64,000 nt of DNA from positions 545 to 64,544 of the forward strand of contig JANLFK010000004.1 of NCBI GenBank assembly GCA_024655945.1, in the 5' to 3' direction. The DNA comes from Candidatus Zhuqueibacterota bacterium (GTDB lineage: Bacteria > Zhuqueibacterota > Zhuqueibacteria > JANLFK01 > Oleimicrobiaceae). Shown here piece after piece: positions 10,404-18,967 of the stretch; the first letter of the stretch is position 1; every line of letters begins with the position of its first letter. The position numbers and the translations under genes are program-made. Below the pieces are notes generated by a model that made no database searches, was not told the DNA's origin, and saw only the letters and a program-made list of their open reading frames with translations.

Positions 10404-10663
10404 GTCGAACCCTACTCCTGGTCGGCTGTGCACCTGTTTGGCTGGAAATTTACACACAAAGAGTAAAAGAGGCAATCTGTTTTTGCGCGCTTACCGCCCG
10501 GCTGGATTCTGGACTGCGGTGTCCTTGGGCACCGCACGGCGCCTGCGGCGGACGCTCTTGGTGCTCGGCTTTTGCCGTAGAGGCTGGGCCGGAGTGCAAT
10601 GCCTTTATGCATTGCCGGGGCGGCACGTCTCCTCTCAGCCTCCACGGGACACCGGTTTTCCCC

Positions 10664-10692
10664 TTGTTTTGCTGTGGGAAATTTCATATATT
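10664..10692 (+). promoter_or_regulatory. candidate sigma70-type promoter for the tRNA-His/tRNA-Glu operon (TTGTTT-17 nt-TATATT)
   Basis: -35 TTGTTT 10664-10669, 17-nt spacer, -10 TATATT 10687-10692, ~29 nt upstream of tRNA-His. Confidence 0.35.
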
Positions 10693-10721
10693 TTCCCGCC
10701 TCAAAAACGAGGCCGCACGAT

Positions 10722-10799
10722 GGTGAGCGTAGCTCAGCTGGATAGAGCACTAGGCTGTGGCCCTGGTGGTCGCGGGTTCGAGTCCCGTCGCTCACCCCA
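10722..10799 (+). tRNA. tRNA-His (anticodon GTG) with genome-encoded G-1 and 3-prime CCA
   Basis: Cloverleaf folded by hand: 8-bp acceptor stem including G-1:C73, D-arm GCTCAGCTGGATAGAGC, anticodon loop CTGTGGC, T-loop TTCGAGT, terminal CCA 10797-10799. Confidence 0.85.
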
Positions 10800-10864
10800 C
10801 TGCTCTGGCGCGCAGCGCTGGCACCACCAGCAAAGGCGCCTGTCCACCTCCGTTGCGACGGCAC

Positions 10865-10936
10865 GTCCCCTTCGTCTAGTGGTTAGGACTCAGGATTTTC
10901 GATCCTGCAACAGGGGTTCGACTCCCCTAGGGGACG
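10865..10936 (+). tRNA. tRNA-Glu (anticodon TTC), CCA not encoded
   Basis: Acceptor GTCCCCT/AGGGGAC, D-arm TCTAGTGGTTAGGA, anticodon stem-loop CAGGA-TTTTCGA-TCCTG, T-arm AGGGG-TTCGACT-CCCCT. Confidence 0.85.
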
Positions 10937-10945
10937 CTCACTTAG

Positions 10946-10992
10946 ACGGGCGAGAAAGCCTTGTGTGCGGCACGGTCTCTCGCCCGTTTTCC
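10946..10992 (+). terminator. Rho-independent terminator after the tRNA pair
   Basis: 10-bp stem ACGGGCGAGA ... TCTCGCCCGT followed by TTTTCC. Confidence 0.6.
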
Positions 10993-11200
10993 TTATCGCC
11001 AGGCGGCGCATGGCGCGGAGCAGACGGAGATCATCAAGCCCGGTGGAACAGGTTCTGCCGCTCTTGATCCTTGGCGAAGACGGGCAACGCCTGCGCCCCG
11101 GCGAGCCACCCAGCTGGGCAATCTGCGCCGATTCTGACCCTAACCCGAAGGTTCGGTGCGCCAAGGGCGTTCGGTTTCTTTGACGGCATAGCTGTGTGTA

Positions 11201-12472
11201 GTGCAACGAGCGCTCGAGCAGGCATGTGACCTGCAACCGAACAGGAGCCGACTGGAGAGATCCTTGACGACTCTGTGCCCACTCGACGCGTTGAGCCAAA
11301 AGTTCAGCTCGCTTTTCGGTGACCAGCCAGAAGTGTTGGTGCGATCTGCCGGGCGCGTCAACCTCATCGGAGAACACACCGACTACAACGAGGGCTTTGT
11401 CCTGCCGGCGGCCATTGACCGCCATATCTGCCTCCTTGCGCGGCGGCGGCCAGGACGCATCGTGCGCGCTTACGCCACCGAGTTCAACGACCTCGCCACT
11501 TTTCCGGTCCAAGAGAGCCCAGCGGAGCGGCACGGGCACTGGACGGTCTACCTGAGGGGTGTCATCGAGCTTCTGCAACGGCGCGGTGTGGAAATCGAGG
11601 GTTTCGATGTGCTCATCGCCGCCACGCTGCCGCGGGCTTCCGGACTGAGCTCGTCCGCTGCCCTGGAGGTCGGCACGGCCTCGCTGGTGCAGGCGCTTTT
11701 CCCTTTTGCCATGGACGAGTTGGAGCTCATCAAATTAGTGCAGCAGGCCGAGCACCAGTTCGCCGGTACCAAGTGTGGCATCATGGACATGTTCGTCTGC
11801 CGGCTGGGCCGCCAGGCGCACGCCCTTTTCTTAGACTGCCGCTCGTTGGAACACCGCCTGGTTCCCCTGGCGCTGGACCAGGTGGCGCTGGTTATCTGCG
11901 ACACCAAGAAAAAGCGCGGTTTGGCAGGCTCTGCTTACAACGAGCGGCGCGCACAGTGCGAAGAGGGGGTGCGACTGTTGCGCCAGTGGCTGCCGGGCAT
12001 CAGTGCCTTGCGCGATGTTGGCCTTGAACAGTTCATCTCTCTTGCCGACCGCCTCCCGCCAGTGGTACGACGCCGCTGCGGGCATGTGGTGGCCGAGAAT
12101 GCCCGCGTGCTGGAGGCGGTGAGCGCCTTGGAAAGAGATGACCTCGCCCACTTGGGCAGGCTGATGCAGGCATCGCACGCCAGCCTGCGCGACCTGTACG
12201 AGGTGAGCTGCCCGGAGCTGGATACGCTGGTGGAGAGTGCATTGAGGGTGCAGGGCACGCTTGGGGCGCGCCTCACAGGGGCGGGCTTTGGTGGCTGCAC
12301 CGTCAATTTGGTGCGGCGGGATGCGCTGGAGGAGTTCAAAGAGAAAGTGGGCGCCGACTATGTCCGGCGCTTTGGACAAGAGCCGGGCATCCTCGTCTGC
12401 AACGCTACCGATGGCGTACGGGTGCAATGGCTCTCCGCACCAGCTTGTTCAGAAGAGAGTTCGGATGGCTAA
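11201..12472 (+). CDS. galK: galactokinase (GHMP kinase)
   Basis: Galactokinase signature GRVNLIGEHTDYNEGFVLPAAID, GHMP motif PRASGLSSSAALEV, C-terminal GAGFGGCTV; TAA stop overlaps the next gene start by 8 nt. Confidence 0.85.
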   Translation: MQRALEQACDLQPNRSRLERSLTTLCPLDALSQKFSSLFGDQPEVLVRSAGRVNLIGEHTDYNEGFVLPAAIDRHICLLARRRPGRIVRAYATEFNDLATFPVQESPAERHGHWTVYLRGVIELLQRRGVEIEGFDVLIAATLPRASGLSSSAALEVGTASLVQALFPFAMDELELIKLVQQAEHQFAGTKCGIMDMFVCRLGRQAHALFLDCRSLEHRLVPLALDQVALVICDTKKKRGLAGSAYNERRAQCEEGVRLLRQWLPGISALRDVGLEQFISLADRLPPVVRRRCGHVVAENARVLEAVSALERDDLAHLGRLMQASHASLRDLYEVSCPELDTLVESALRVQGTLGARLTGAGFGGCTVNLVRRDALEEFKEKVGADYVRRFGQEPGILVCNATDGVRVQWLSAPACSEESSDG

Positions 12473-13412
12473 CCGGCACCCACAGAGAATCGTCGTGGTC
12501 GGTAGCTCGAATACGGACCTCGTGGTTCGCTGTCAGAGAGCGCCTGCACCCGGCGAGACCGTGCTCGGCGACGAGTTTTTCACGGCTGCAGGCGGCAAAG
12601 GCGCCAACCAGGCAGTTGCTGCAGCCCGCCTGGGTGGCGAGGTCTGGTTCGTGGCAAAGGTGGGAGACGACGCTTTTGGGCGGCAGGCGGTCGCCGGGTT
12701 GCAGGCCGAAGGCGTGCACTGCGACTTTGTGAGCGTTGACCCTCGATACCCCTCAGGCGTGGCGCTCATTGTGGTAGAGGAGCAGGGGCAGAACCGTATC
12801 GTTGTGGCCCTCGGGGCCAATGAGCACTTGACCCCAGAGGATGTGCAGGCAGCCGCTGGGGTGATACGGGGCGCCGGAGCCCTCTTGGTGCAACTGGAGA
12901 CGCCCTTGGAGACCGTGCGCCATGCGGTTGGCCTGGCCGCCGAGTGTGGCGTGCCGGTCATTCTCAATTCTGCACCGGGCAGACCTTTACCGACTGAGCT
13001 GCTGCGCGCGGTGGCCGTCATCACGCCTAATGAGAGCGAAGCAGAGCTCCTCACTGGCGTTAGGCCCAAGGATGCGCGGGCAAGGCGCGAGGTCGCCGAA
13101 CTCCTGCACAGAGAGGGCGTGGGCACTGTGGTCATCACCCTCGGTGCCGAGGGAGCGTTTGTCTCTGAGGGGAGTGAGGCCTACCTTGTACCAGGCTTTC
13201 CGGTGAAAGCGGCGGATACGACCGCTGCGGGCGATGCGTTCAATGGCGCTTTCGCGGTGGCTTTCGTGCGCGGCCTGCAGCTTCGGCAGGCCGTCCGTTA
13301 TGCCAACGCTGCCGCAGCTTTGGCGGTGCAAAAGCTGGGGGCGCAGCCTTCGTTGCCAACTGTGGCGGAGGTCGATTCGTTCCTTACGCAGGTTCAGGGC
13401 ACGGTCATCTGA
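12465..13412 (+). CDS. rbsK: ribokinase / PfkB-family sugar kinase
   Basis: VVVGSSNTDLVV, GGKGANQAVAAARLG, C-terminal DTTAAGDAFNGAFA (PfkB signature). Start set at ATG 12465 (MANRH) after RBS agaagagag; the ORF finder extended it upstream over galK. Confidence 0.8.
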   Translation: MANRHPQRIVVVGSSNTDLVVRCQRAPAPGETVLGDEFFTAAGGKGANQAVAAARLGGEVWFVAKVGDDAFGRQAVAGLQAEGVHCDFVSVDPRYPSGVALIVVEEQGQNRIVVALGANEHLTPEDVQAAAGVIRGAGALLVQLETPLETVRHAVGLAAECGVPVILNSAPGRPLPTELLRAVAVITPNESEAELLTGVRPKDARARREVAELLHREGVGTVVITLGAEGAFVSEGSEAYLVPGFPVKAADTTAAGDAFNGAFAVAFVRGLQLRQAVRYANAAAALAVQKLGAQPSLPTVAEVDSFLTQVQGTVI

Positions 13413-13418
13413 GAGAGG

Positions 13419-13946
13419 ATGGAGATGAATCTTTTTCTCAACGCGGCGATGCTTTTCGTGTTGCGCGTCATCGATGTGAGCCTGGGCACCATCCGCATGA
13501 TCTTCATCATCCAGGGGCGGCGGGTCATCGGGTCGCTTATTGGCTTTGTGGAGGTGACCATCTTCCTGGTGGCCATTTCCAAGGCCATCGCCGGCATGCA
13601 CAATGTGGTGAGCGTCATCGCTTATTCTGGGGGTTTTGCCTGTGGCACCCTTCTCGGCATCACCATCGAGCACAAGCTCGCCTTGGGGTGGTCACACATC
13701 CGGGTCATCTCCCAGAGACATGCCCGAGAGATCGCCTCTGCCCTGCGGCATGCGGGATTCGGTGTGACGGTCGTGCCGGGGGAAGGAATGAAGGGGCCGG
13801 TGGAGCTTGTCTACACTACCGTGCGTCGCAAGCAGACCAGGCAGGTGATCAAGATTGTGGAGAGCATCGACCGCGAGGCGTTCATAACCTTGCACGATTT
13901 CCGGCACATTTTCCGCGGCCATGTGGCCCCGAATCTGAAGAAGTGA
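13419..13946 (+). CDS. UPF0316/DUF2179-family membrane protein
   Basis: N-terminal LRVIDVSLGTIRMIF motif typical of UPF0316, 3 TM segments plus C-terminal DUF2179-like domain; RBS gagaggatgg. Confidence 0.55.
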   Translation: MEMNLFLNAAMLFVLRVIDVSLGTIRMIFIIQGRRVIGSLIGFVEVTIFLVAISKAIAGMHNVVSVIAYSGGFACGTLLGITIEHKLALGWSHIRVISQRHAREIASALRHAGFGVTVVPGEGMKGPVELVYTTVRRKQTRQVIKIVESIDREAFITLHDFRHIFRGHVAPNLKK

Positions 13947-14017
13947 GGCACCTGTTCGGCAACCCGAGGTGTGAGGCGTTGCCCGTTGCGTAACTTGTAC
14001 GCACTTAGCACGAAAGC

Positions 14018-14770
14018 ATGAGAGGCAAGCGCACACGAAGGCGACACTGGCACGACACCTTTGCCCTCTGGGCACGTGGACTGCGCGCCGCTGCGGCAGT
14101 GGCCATCGTCATCTTTGTCATTTGCTACCTGCTTGGGGCTTTCGCCCATATCGGAAAGACCGGGAGCAGCTACCTGAAAGCAGGCCTCGTGGTGACGGTC
14201 ACGTTGGGATGTGCCATTCTGGTGCGCTCGTTGGTCCGCGGGGGCCGCAGGCGACTCATGCGGGCGCTGCTCGCCTTGCCCGTCCTCTTTGCTGCAGGGG
14301 CAGTTGCGTATCACATCATCTGCCATCGCCATCTGTACTGGATTATCCTCACTCTACTGGCGGTGGCGGTGGCGCTCAACGTGTACGAGTTCGCCCTCAA
14401 TCTGCGTGCCGTGTGGCGGCGGGAGATGGTTTCCCGCGAGAGCACGTTGGTGCAGTTCGTGTTCCTCTACGTCATGACGGTGCTTAGCTACACGCTTCTC
14501 TACACCATCCTGGATCCCCACATCCCGCATCGCCTCTTCAAGATGGAGAGCACCATTGACCCGCTCCTGGACTTTCTGTACTTGAGCGTGGTCACCGCGA
14601 CCACGGTGGGTTATGGCGACATCGTGCCACTCACCGCGGGAGCAAAGGTACTGGTCATGTCCCAGACGGTGGTCTGCTACGTGTTCCTGTCCATCCTGAT
14701 CGGCCTCATTGTGAGTTGGGCTGGGGGGCACGGCGGCCGGAGCACTGGTGGGGCAGGCAGGCGGCCTTGA
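14018..14770 (+). CDS. potassium channel family protein (pore loop TVGYGD)
   Basis: Selectivity filter TTVGYGDIVP preceded by pore helix and flanked by TM helices; 4 N-terminal TM segments. Confidence 0.7.
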   Translation: MRGKRTRRRHWHDTFALWARGLRAAAAVAIVIFVICYLLGAFAHIGKTGSSYLKAGLVVTVTLGCAILVRSLVRGGRRRLMRALLALPVLFAAGAVAYHIICHRHLYWIILTLLAVAVALNVYEFALNLRAVWRREMVSRESTLVQFVFLYVMTVLSYTLLYTILDPHIPHRLFKMESTIDPLLDFLYLSVVTATTVGYGDIVPLTAGAKVLVMSQTVVCYVFLSILIGLIVSWAGGHGGRSTGGAGRRP

Positions 14771-14821
14771 CGAAGGGAGCGCACGGGCTGGAATCGAGGG
14801 CGCATGTGCAGTACCGAGGGC

Positions 14822-14851
14822 GGCGCTGGCGTCTTGCGAGCGCCTTTTTTC
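14822..14851 (+). terminator. Rho-independent terminator after the K+ channel gene
   Basis: GGCGCTGGCGTCTTGCGAGCGCC hairpin followed by TTTTTTC. Confidence 0.55.
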
Positions 14852-14932
14852 ATGCTTGATTATCACCCGGGTTTTGGCTAAATTCCATTGGCAGGAAGCG
14901 TGGAGGGGAAGAAGGAGCCATAGGTATTCGCC

Positions 14933-16264
14933 ATGAGCCTTTTCGAACTCGAGCCCGAGGCAGAAGCTGTCCAGCCTGGTGCGCCGCTTGCGGATCGCGT
15001 CAGGCCGAGGACTCTCCAGGAGTTCGTGGGGCAATCTCATCTCGTGGGTGAGGGCAAGGTCCTCCGCCGGGCAATCGAGCGCGATGAGCTGATGTCTATG
15101 ATCTTTTGGGGCCCTCCTGGGGTGGGCAAGACCACGTTAGCGCGCATCATTGCCCACGAGACGCACTGTACCTTCTACTCATTGAGCGCGGTGGCCTCCG
15201 GGGTTGCGGAGGTGCGCGCCGTCATCGACAAGGCCCGCCAGGCGCGGCGGAAGAGTGGCAGGCGCACCATCCTCTTTATCGACGAAATCCACCGTTTCAA
15301 CAAAGCGCAGCAGGATGCCCTGTTGCACGCCGTGGAGGACGGCACCATTTTGCTCATCGGGGCAACTACAGAGAACCCCAGCTTTGAGGTCATTTCGCCC
15401 CTTCTCTCCCGCTGTCGGGTCTACAAGATGGAGCCACTGAGCGAAGAGGAGCTGGCGCGGGTCATCGACGGGGCTCTGCAACGAGACCAGGAACTTGCCA
15501 AACTGCGGATCATTTTCGCCGAGGGGGCTCGGCAGCTTTTGTTGCAGCTTTCTGCCGGCGATGCGCGCGTGGCCCTCAACGCCGTAGAGCTGGCGGTGCG
15601 ACTTGCTCCGCCAGGGGAGGAAGTCACCATCACTCGCGCGCTGATCGAGGAGGCGATGCAGCGGCGCACGCCGCTTTACGACAAGAAGGGCGATTATCAC
15701 TATGACACCATCTCGGCCTTCATCAAGAGTGTGCGGGGCTCGGATCCAGATGCGGCGCTCTACTGGCTGGCCCGCATGTTGGAAGGGGGGGAAGATCCCC
15801 TGTTCATCGCTCGCCGGCTGATTATCTTGGCTTCCGAGGACATCGGCAACGCCGACCCCCACGCCTTGATGGTTGCCACCGCAGCGTTCCAGGCAGTGGA
15901 CGCCATCGGTATGCCCGAGGCGCGCATCGTGCTTGCCCAGGCCACCACCTATCTGGCATCTGCGCCCAAGAGCAATGCCTCTTACTTAGCCATCGAGGCG
16001 GCCACCGCCGATGTGCGCCAGGAACAGCCGGGGGCCGTGCCCTTGCACCTGCGCAATGCACCGACCCAGTTGATGCGCCAGTTTGGCTATGCGGCTGGCT
16101 ACCGATACCCTCACGACCATGGCGGCTTTGTGGAGCAGGACTATTTCCCCAAAGAGCTGGGGCCGCGGGTCTATTACAAGCCCACCGACAATGGCGTGGA
16201 GAAGCGCATCAGGGAGCGCCTTGAACAGCTATGGCCGGGGCGCAGGCGGCCCAGGAGCGAGTAG
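14933..16264 (+). CDS. rarA: replication-associated recombination protein A (AAA+ ATPase RarA/MgsA)
   Basis: Walker [26 protein letters not shown] (sensor), MgsA C-terminal domain; 443 aa. Confidence 0.85.
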   Translation: MSLFELEPEAEAVQPGAPLADRVRPRTLQEFVGQSHLVGEGKVLRRAIERDELMSMIFWGPPGVGKTTLARIIAHETHCTFYSLSAVASGVAEVRAVIDKARQARRKSGRRTILFIDEIHRFNKAQQDALLHAVEDGTILLIGATTENPSFEVISPLLSRCRVYKMEPLSEEELARVIDGALQRDQELAKLRIIFAEGARQLLLQLSAGDARVALNAVELAVRLAPPGEEVTITRALIEEAMQRRTPLYDKKGDYHYDTISAFIKSVRGSDPDAALYWLARMLEGGEDPLFIARRLIILASEDIGNADPHALMVATAAFQAVDAIGMPEARIVLAQATTYLASAPKSNASYLAIEAATADVRQEQPGAVPLHLRNAPTQLMRQFGYAAGYRYPHDHGGFVEQDYFPKELGPRVYYKPTDNGVEKRIRERLEQLWPGRRRPRSE

Positions 16265-18901
16265 GTGCCGATGTCCACGCTCGCGCCCACACGGGATGTG
16301 TCGCGCTTCCGCTGGCTCATCGCGCTGACTCTGTGCAGCCTGTGTGCTCATGGGTTGTTCGCCCTTCCGGGCTCCCCGGCTTCACCGCAGGACACGACCG
16401 TGGCCCCCCGTGCCCGCGCCGACCTTGACACGACCATCCACTACGAGGCGCTCGTCGTCGACAACCTCGTGGAAGGAAGGATCACCTACCTCGTGGGTGA
16501 CGCAGTGGTCAAGTACCGAAACATGACCCTGCGCGCGGAGAAAATTACCGTTGACTGGGACAAGAACTTGCTCACTGCCGAAGGGGTGGCGGACACGCTT
16601 CTTGTGCCTTCCGAGAACCCGGGCGATTCGGTGCGCGTCGTGCGCTGGCGAGGGTTGCCCACGCTGGTGAGCGATGGCGAGACCATGACCGGGGTCAAGA
16701 TGGTGTACAACACGGTCACAGACAAGGGCATCGTCGTGCGCGGGCGCACGGAGTTTGAGGGCGGCTTTTATGGCGGCCGGCAGATCAAGCGGGTGGGAGG
16801 GAGCGTCTACAACATCTCGCATGGGGAGTTTACTACCTGCAACCTGGAGCAAGACCCGCACTACCATTTCTACTGCCGCCGCATGAAGATGATACCGGAC
16901 GACAAGGTGGTGACCCAGGGCCTGGTCATGTACCTGGGCCGCATTCCGGTGCTCGGTTTCCCCTTTGCGGTCTTTCCCCACCGTCGAGGGCGGCAGTCGG
17001 GGTTTCTTATGCCGCGCTACGGATACAGCGCGCGCGAAGGGAACTACCTGCGCGGCTTTGGCTACTACTGGGCGCCGAACGATCACTTCGACGCGCTGGG
17101 CACGGTGGACTATTTCGAGCGAAGCGGCTTCTTTTTCCAAGCGGGTATCAACTATGCGCTGCGCTACGTGATGCGGGGTTCGGTGAACGGTTCCATCACC
17201 CGCAAGGATTTTACCTACGGCGTGCACCAGCGGCGTTGGGACTTGCAGGTACACCATTCGCAGGAGTTTGACCCCACGCTGCGGATTTCCGCGGCAGGCT
17301 ACTTTGTGAGCGACGGGTCTTTCTACCGCGACCTGAGTACCAATCTCGATGCGCGTCTCACCCGCCAACTGCGCTCCAACGCTACGCTCAGCAAGACCTG
17401 GAAGAATGGCAAGATCGGCCTCACGGTCAATGCTTCTCACGTCCGCGATCTGCAGACCGACGAGACGACGCTGAGCTTGCCGCAAGCGAGCCTCTACGTG
17501 GGGCAAGGCCAGTTCTTCCCCCCTGCGGCTACCCGGCGAGAACGACGGGGGGCAACTCGTCCGGCCAGCGAGGAGCTGCGCTGGTATCAGGCCATTTACT
17601 ATTCCTACTCGTCGAACCTGCTGAACACGACGGTGACGCGCAAGTCTGAGCAGGGGGAACCGAAGACGACGACCAGACGTCTTGCCCACCAGGTGGGCCT
17701 GTCGATGAACAACCCGCGCAAGCTCTTCGGCTGGTTAGGGCTCAGTCAGTCCCTGAACATCAACGAGGACTGGTTCGACCGCACCATGGACTACTTCCTC
17801 GTGGATTCCACAAATGCCATCGGCTCGCGGGAGGTGCCAAGGTTTGCTGCCCGGCACTTGTTCAGCTATGCCCTCTCCGCGCACACCAAACTCTACGGTC
17901 TGTTTGCACCAAATGTGTTCGGAGTCAAAGCCGTGCGGCACGTGGTGACTCCGACGCTCTCTTTTTCCTACCAGCCGGACTTTTCCCAGGGCAAATGGGG
18001 ATACTACGAAGCGGTGGTTGACACGAGCGGCCGTATGTACAAGCGGGATCGCTTTGGTGGCACCCCGATGGGTGGGCAGCAACGCCTTTCCCTTCGTGTC
18101 AACAACGTTTTTCAGATGAAGACCGGGGAAGGCGAAAAGGAGCGCAAGTTCGATCTGTTCACCATCGATCTAAGCACCGGTTTCAACTTCAAGGCGAAGG
18201 AATACAAGCTCTCCGACTTGTACAGCACCCTCACCGCCAATCCTCTGCGCAACCTGAGCATTTCGGCCAGTGCCACGCACAGCTTTTATCGCTACGACTA
18301 TGCGCTGCGCAGGACAGTGAACGACTACTTGTTCGACGCGGGAGGGCTGTTGCGCGGCAAGCTTGCCTGGCTCACTGGCATACGCTTCAATGCCTCGCTA
18401 CGGCTGCAGGGAAGTGGCAGAAAGAAGGCTGCGCCACCCCAGCCAATCGCTGCCCCCGAGGAAGGCCAAGAGGAAGTGCCTCCCCGGGGTGTGTTCGACG
18501 AGGAGTTGCGCACGGGAGGCAACCGTTTCGAGGGGTTGAGCACCTTCCAAGGCTTAGACATCCCGTGGTCGGTAAGCCTGTCATTCGGCTACGACAAGGA
18601 GCGGCGCAGCGACCCTGCGCACCCCCGAGAGCGCTACTACCTGGACGTGCGTGGACTGCAGATCCAGCTCACCAAGAACTGGCGCGTCGAGTATAGCGCG
18701 CATTTTGACCTGAAGGAGAAGCAAGTGGCCAGCCATCGCTGGGTCTTTTACCGCGACCTGCATTGCTGGGAGGCCAAGTTTGACTGGGTCCCCTCGGGGA
18801 TTGCCAAGCGCTTCTATCTGTGCATCCAGGTCAAAGCACCGCAGCTCCGTGACCTCAAGTTGGAGGCGCGCGGCGGCAGAGCCGGGGTGTTCGGCTATTA
18901 G
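16265..18901 (+). CDS. lptD: LptD/OstA-like outer membrane LPS-assembly protein
   Basis: Signal peptide, OstA-like N-terminal beta-jellyroll (KITVDWDKNLLTAEGVAD ... VVRWRG), long C-terminal region with beta-barrel-like alternating hydrophobicity ending in aromatic-rich strands; 878 aa. Confidence 0.55.
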   Translation: MPMSTLAPTRDVSRFRWLIALTLCSLCAHGLFALPGSPASPQDTTVAPRARADLDTTIHYEALVVDNLVEGRITYLVGDAVVKYRNMTLRAEKITVDWDKNLLTAEGVADTLLVPSENPGDSVRVVRWRGLPTLVSDGETMTGVKMVYNTVTDKGIVVRGRTEFEGGFYGGRQIKRVGGSVYNISHGEFTTCNLEQDPHYHFYCRRMKMIPDDKVVTQGLVMYLGRIPVLGFPFAVFPHRRGRQSGFLMPRYGYSAREGNYLRGFGYYWAPNDHFDALGTVDYFERSGFFFQAGINYALRYVMRGSVNGSITRKDFTYGVHQRRWDLQVHHSQEFDPTLRISAAGYFVSDGSFYRDLSTNLDARLTRQLRSNATLSKTWKNGKIGLTVNASHVRDLQTDETTLSLPQASLYVGQGQFFPPAATRRERRGATRPASEELRWYQAIYYSYSSNLLNTTVTRKSEQGEPKTTTRRLAHQVGLSMNNPRKLFGWLGLSQSLNINEDWFDRTMDYFLVDSTNAIGSREVPRFAARHLFSYALSAHTKLYGLFAPNVFGVKAVRHVVTPTLSFSYQPDFSQGKWGYYEAVVDTSGRMYKRDRFGGTPMGGQQRLSLRVNNVFQMKTGEGEKERKFDLFTIDLSTGFNFKAKEYKLSDLYSTLTANPLRNLSISASATHSFYRYDYALRRTVNDYLFDAGGLLRGKLAWLTGIRFNASLRLQGSGRKKAAPPQPIAAPEEGQEEVPPRGVFDEELRTGGNRFEGLSTFQGLDIPWSVSLSFGYDKERRSDPAHPRERYYLDVRGLQIQLTKNWRVEYSAHFDLKEKQVASHRWVFYRDLHCWEAKFDWVPSGIAKRFYLCIQVKAPQLRDLKLEARGGRAGVFGY

Positions 18902-18967
18902 CTGGGTGTAAAAACGGGAGCGTTCCCCGGGGGCGAGAGCGCCGCGGAAAGTGGCCCTCTCCCCTCG

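Noticed and set aside
10303-11578. Long ORFs 10303..11067(+), 10412..10864(-) and 10883..11578(-) spanning the tRNA region
   Set aside because: They overlap the two tRNA genes and the terminator, or run antisense to galK. They have no RBS or recognisable motifs and show high-GC random-ORF composition.
16382-17689. 435-aa minus-strand ORF
   Set aside because: Lies entirely inside and antisense to the LptD-like gene; Arg/Ala/Gly-rich shadow-ORF composition.
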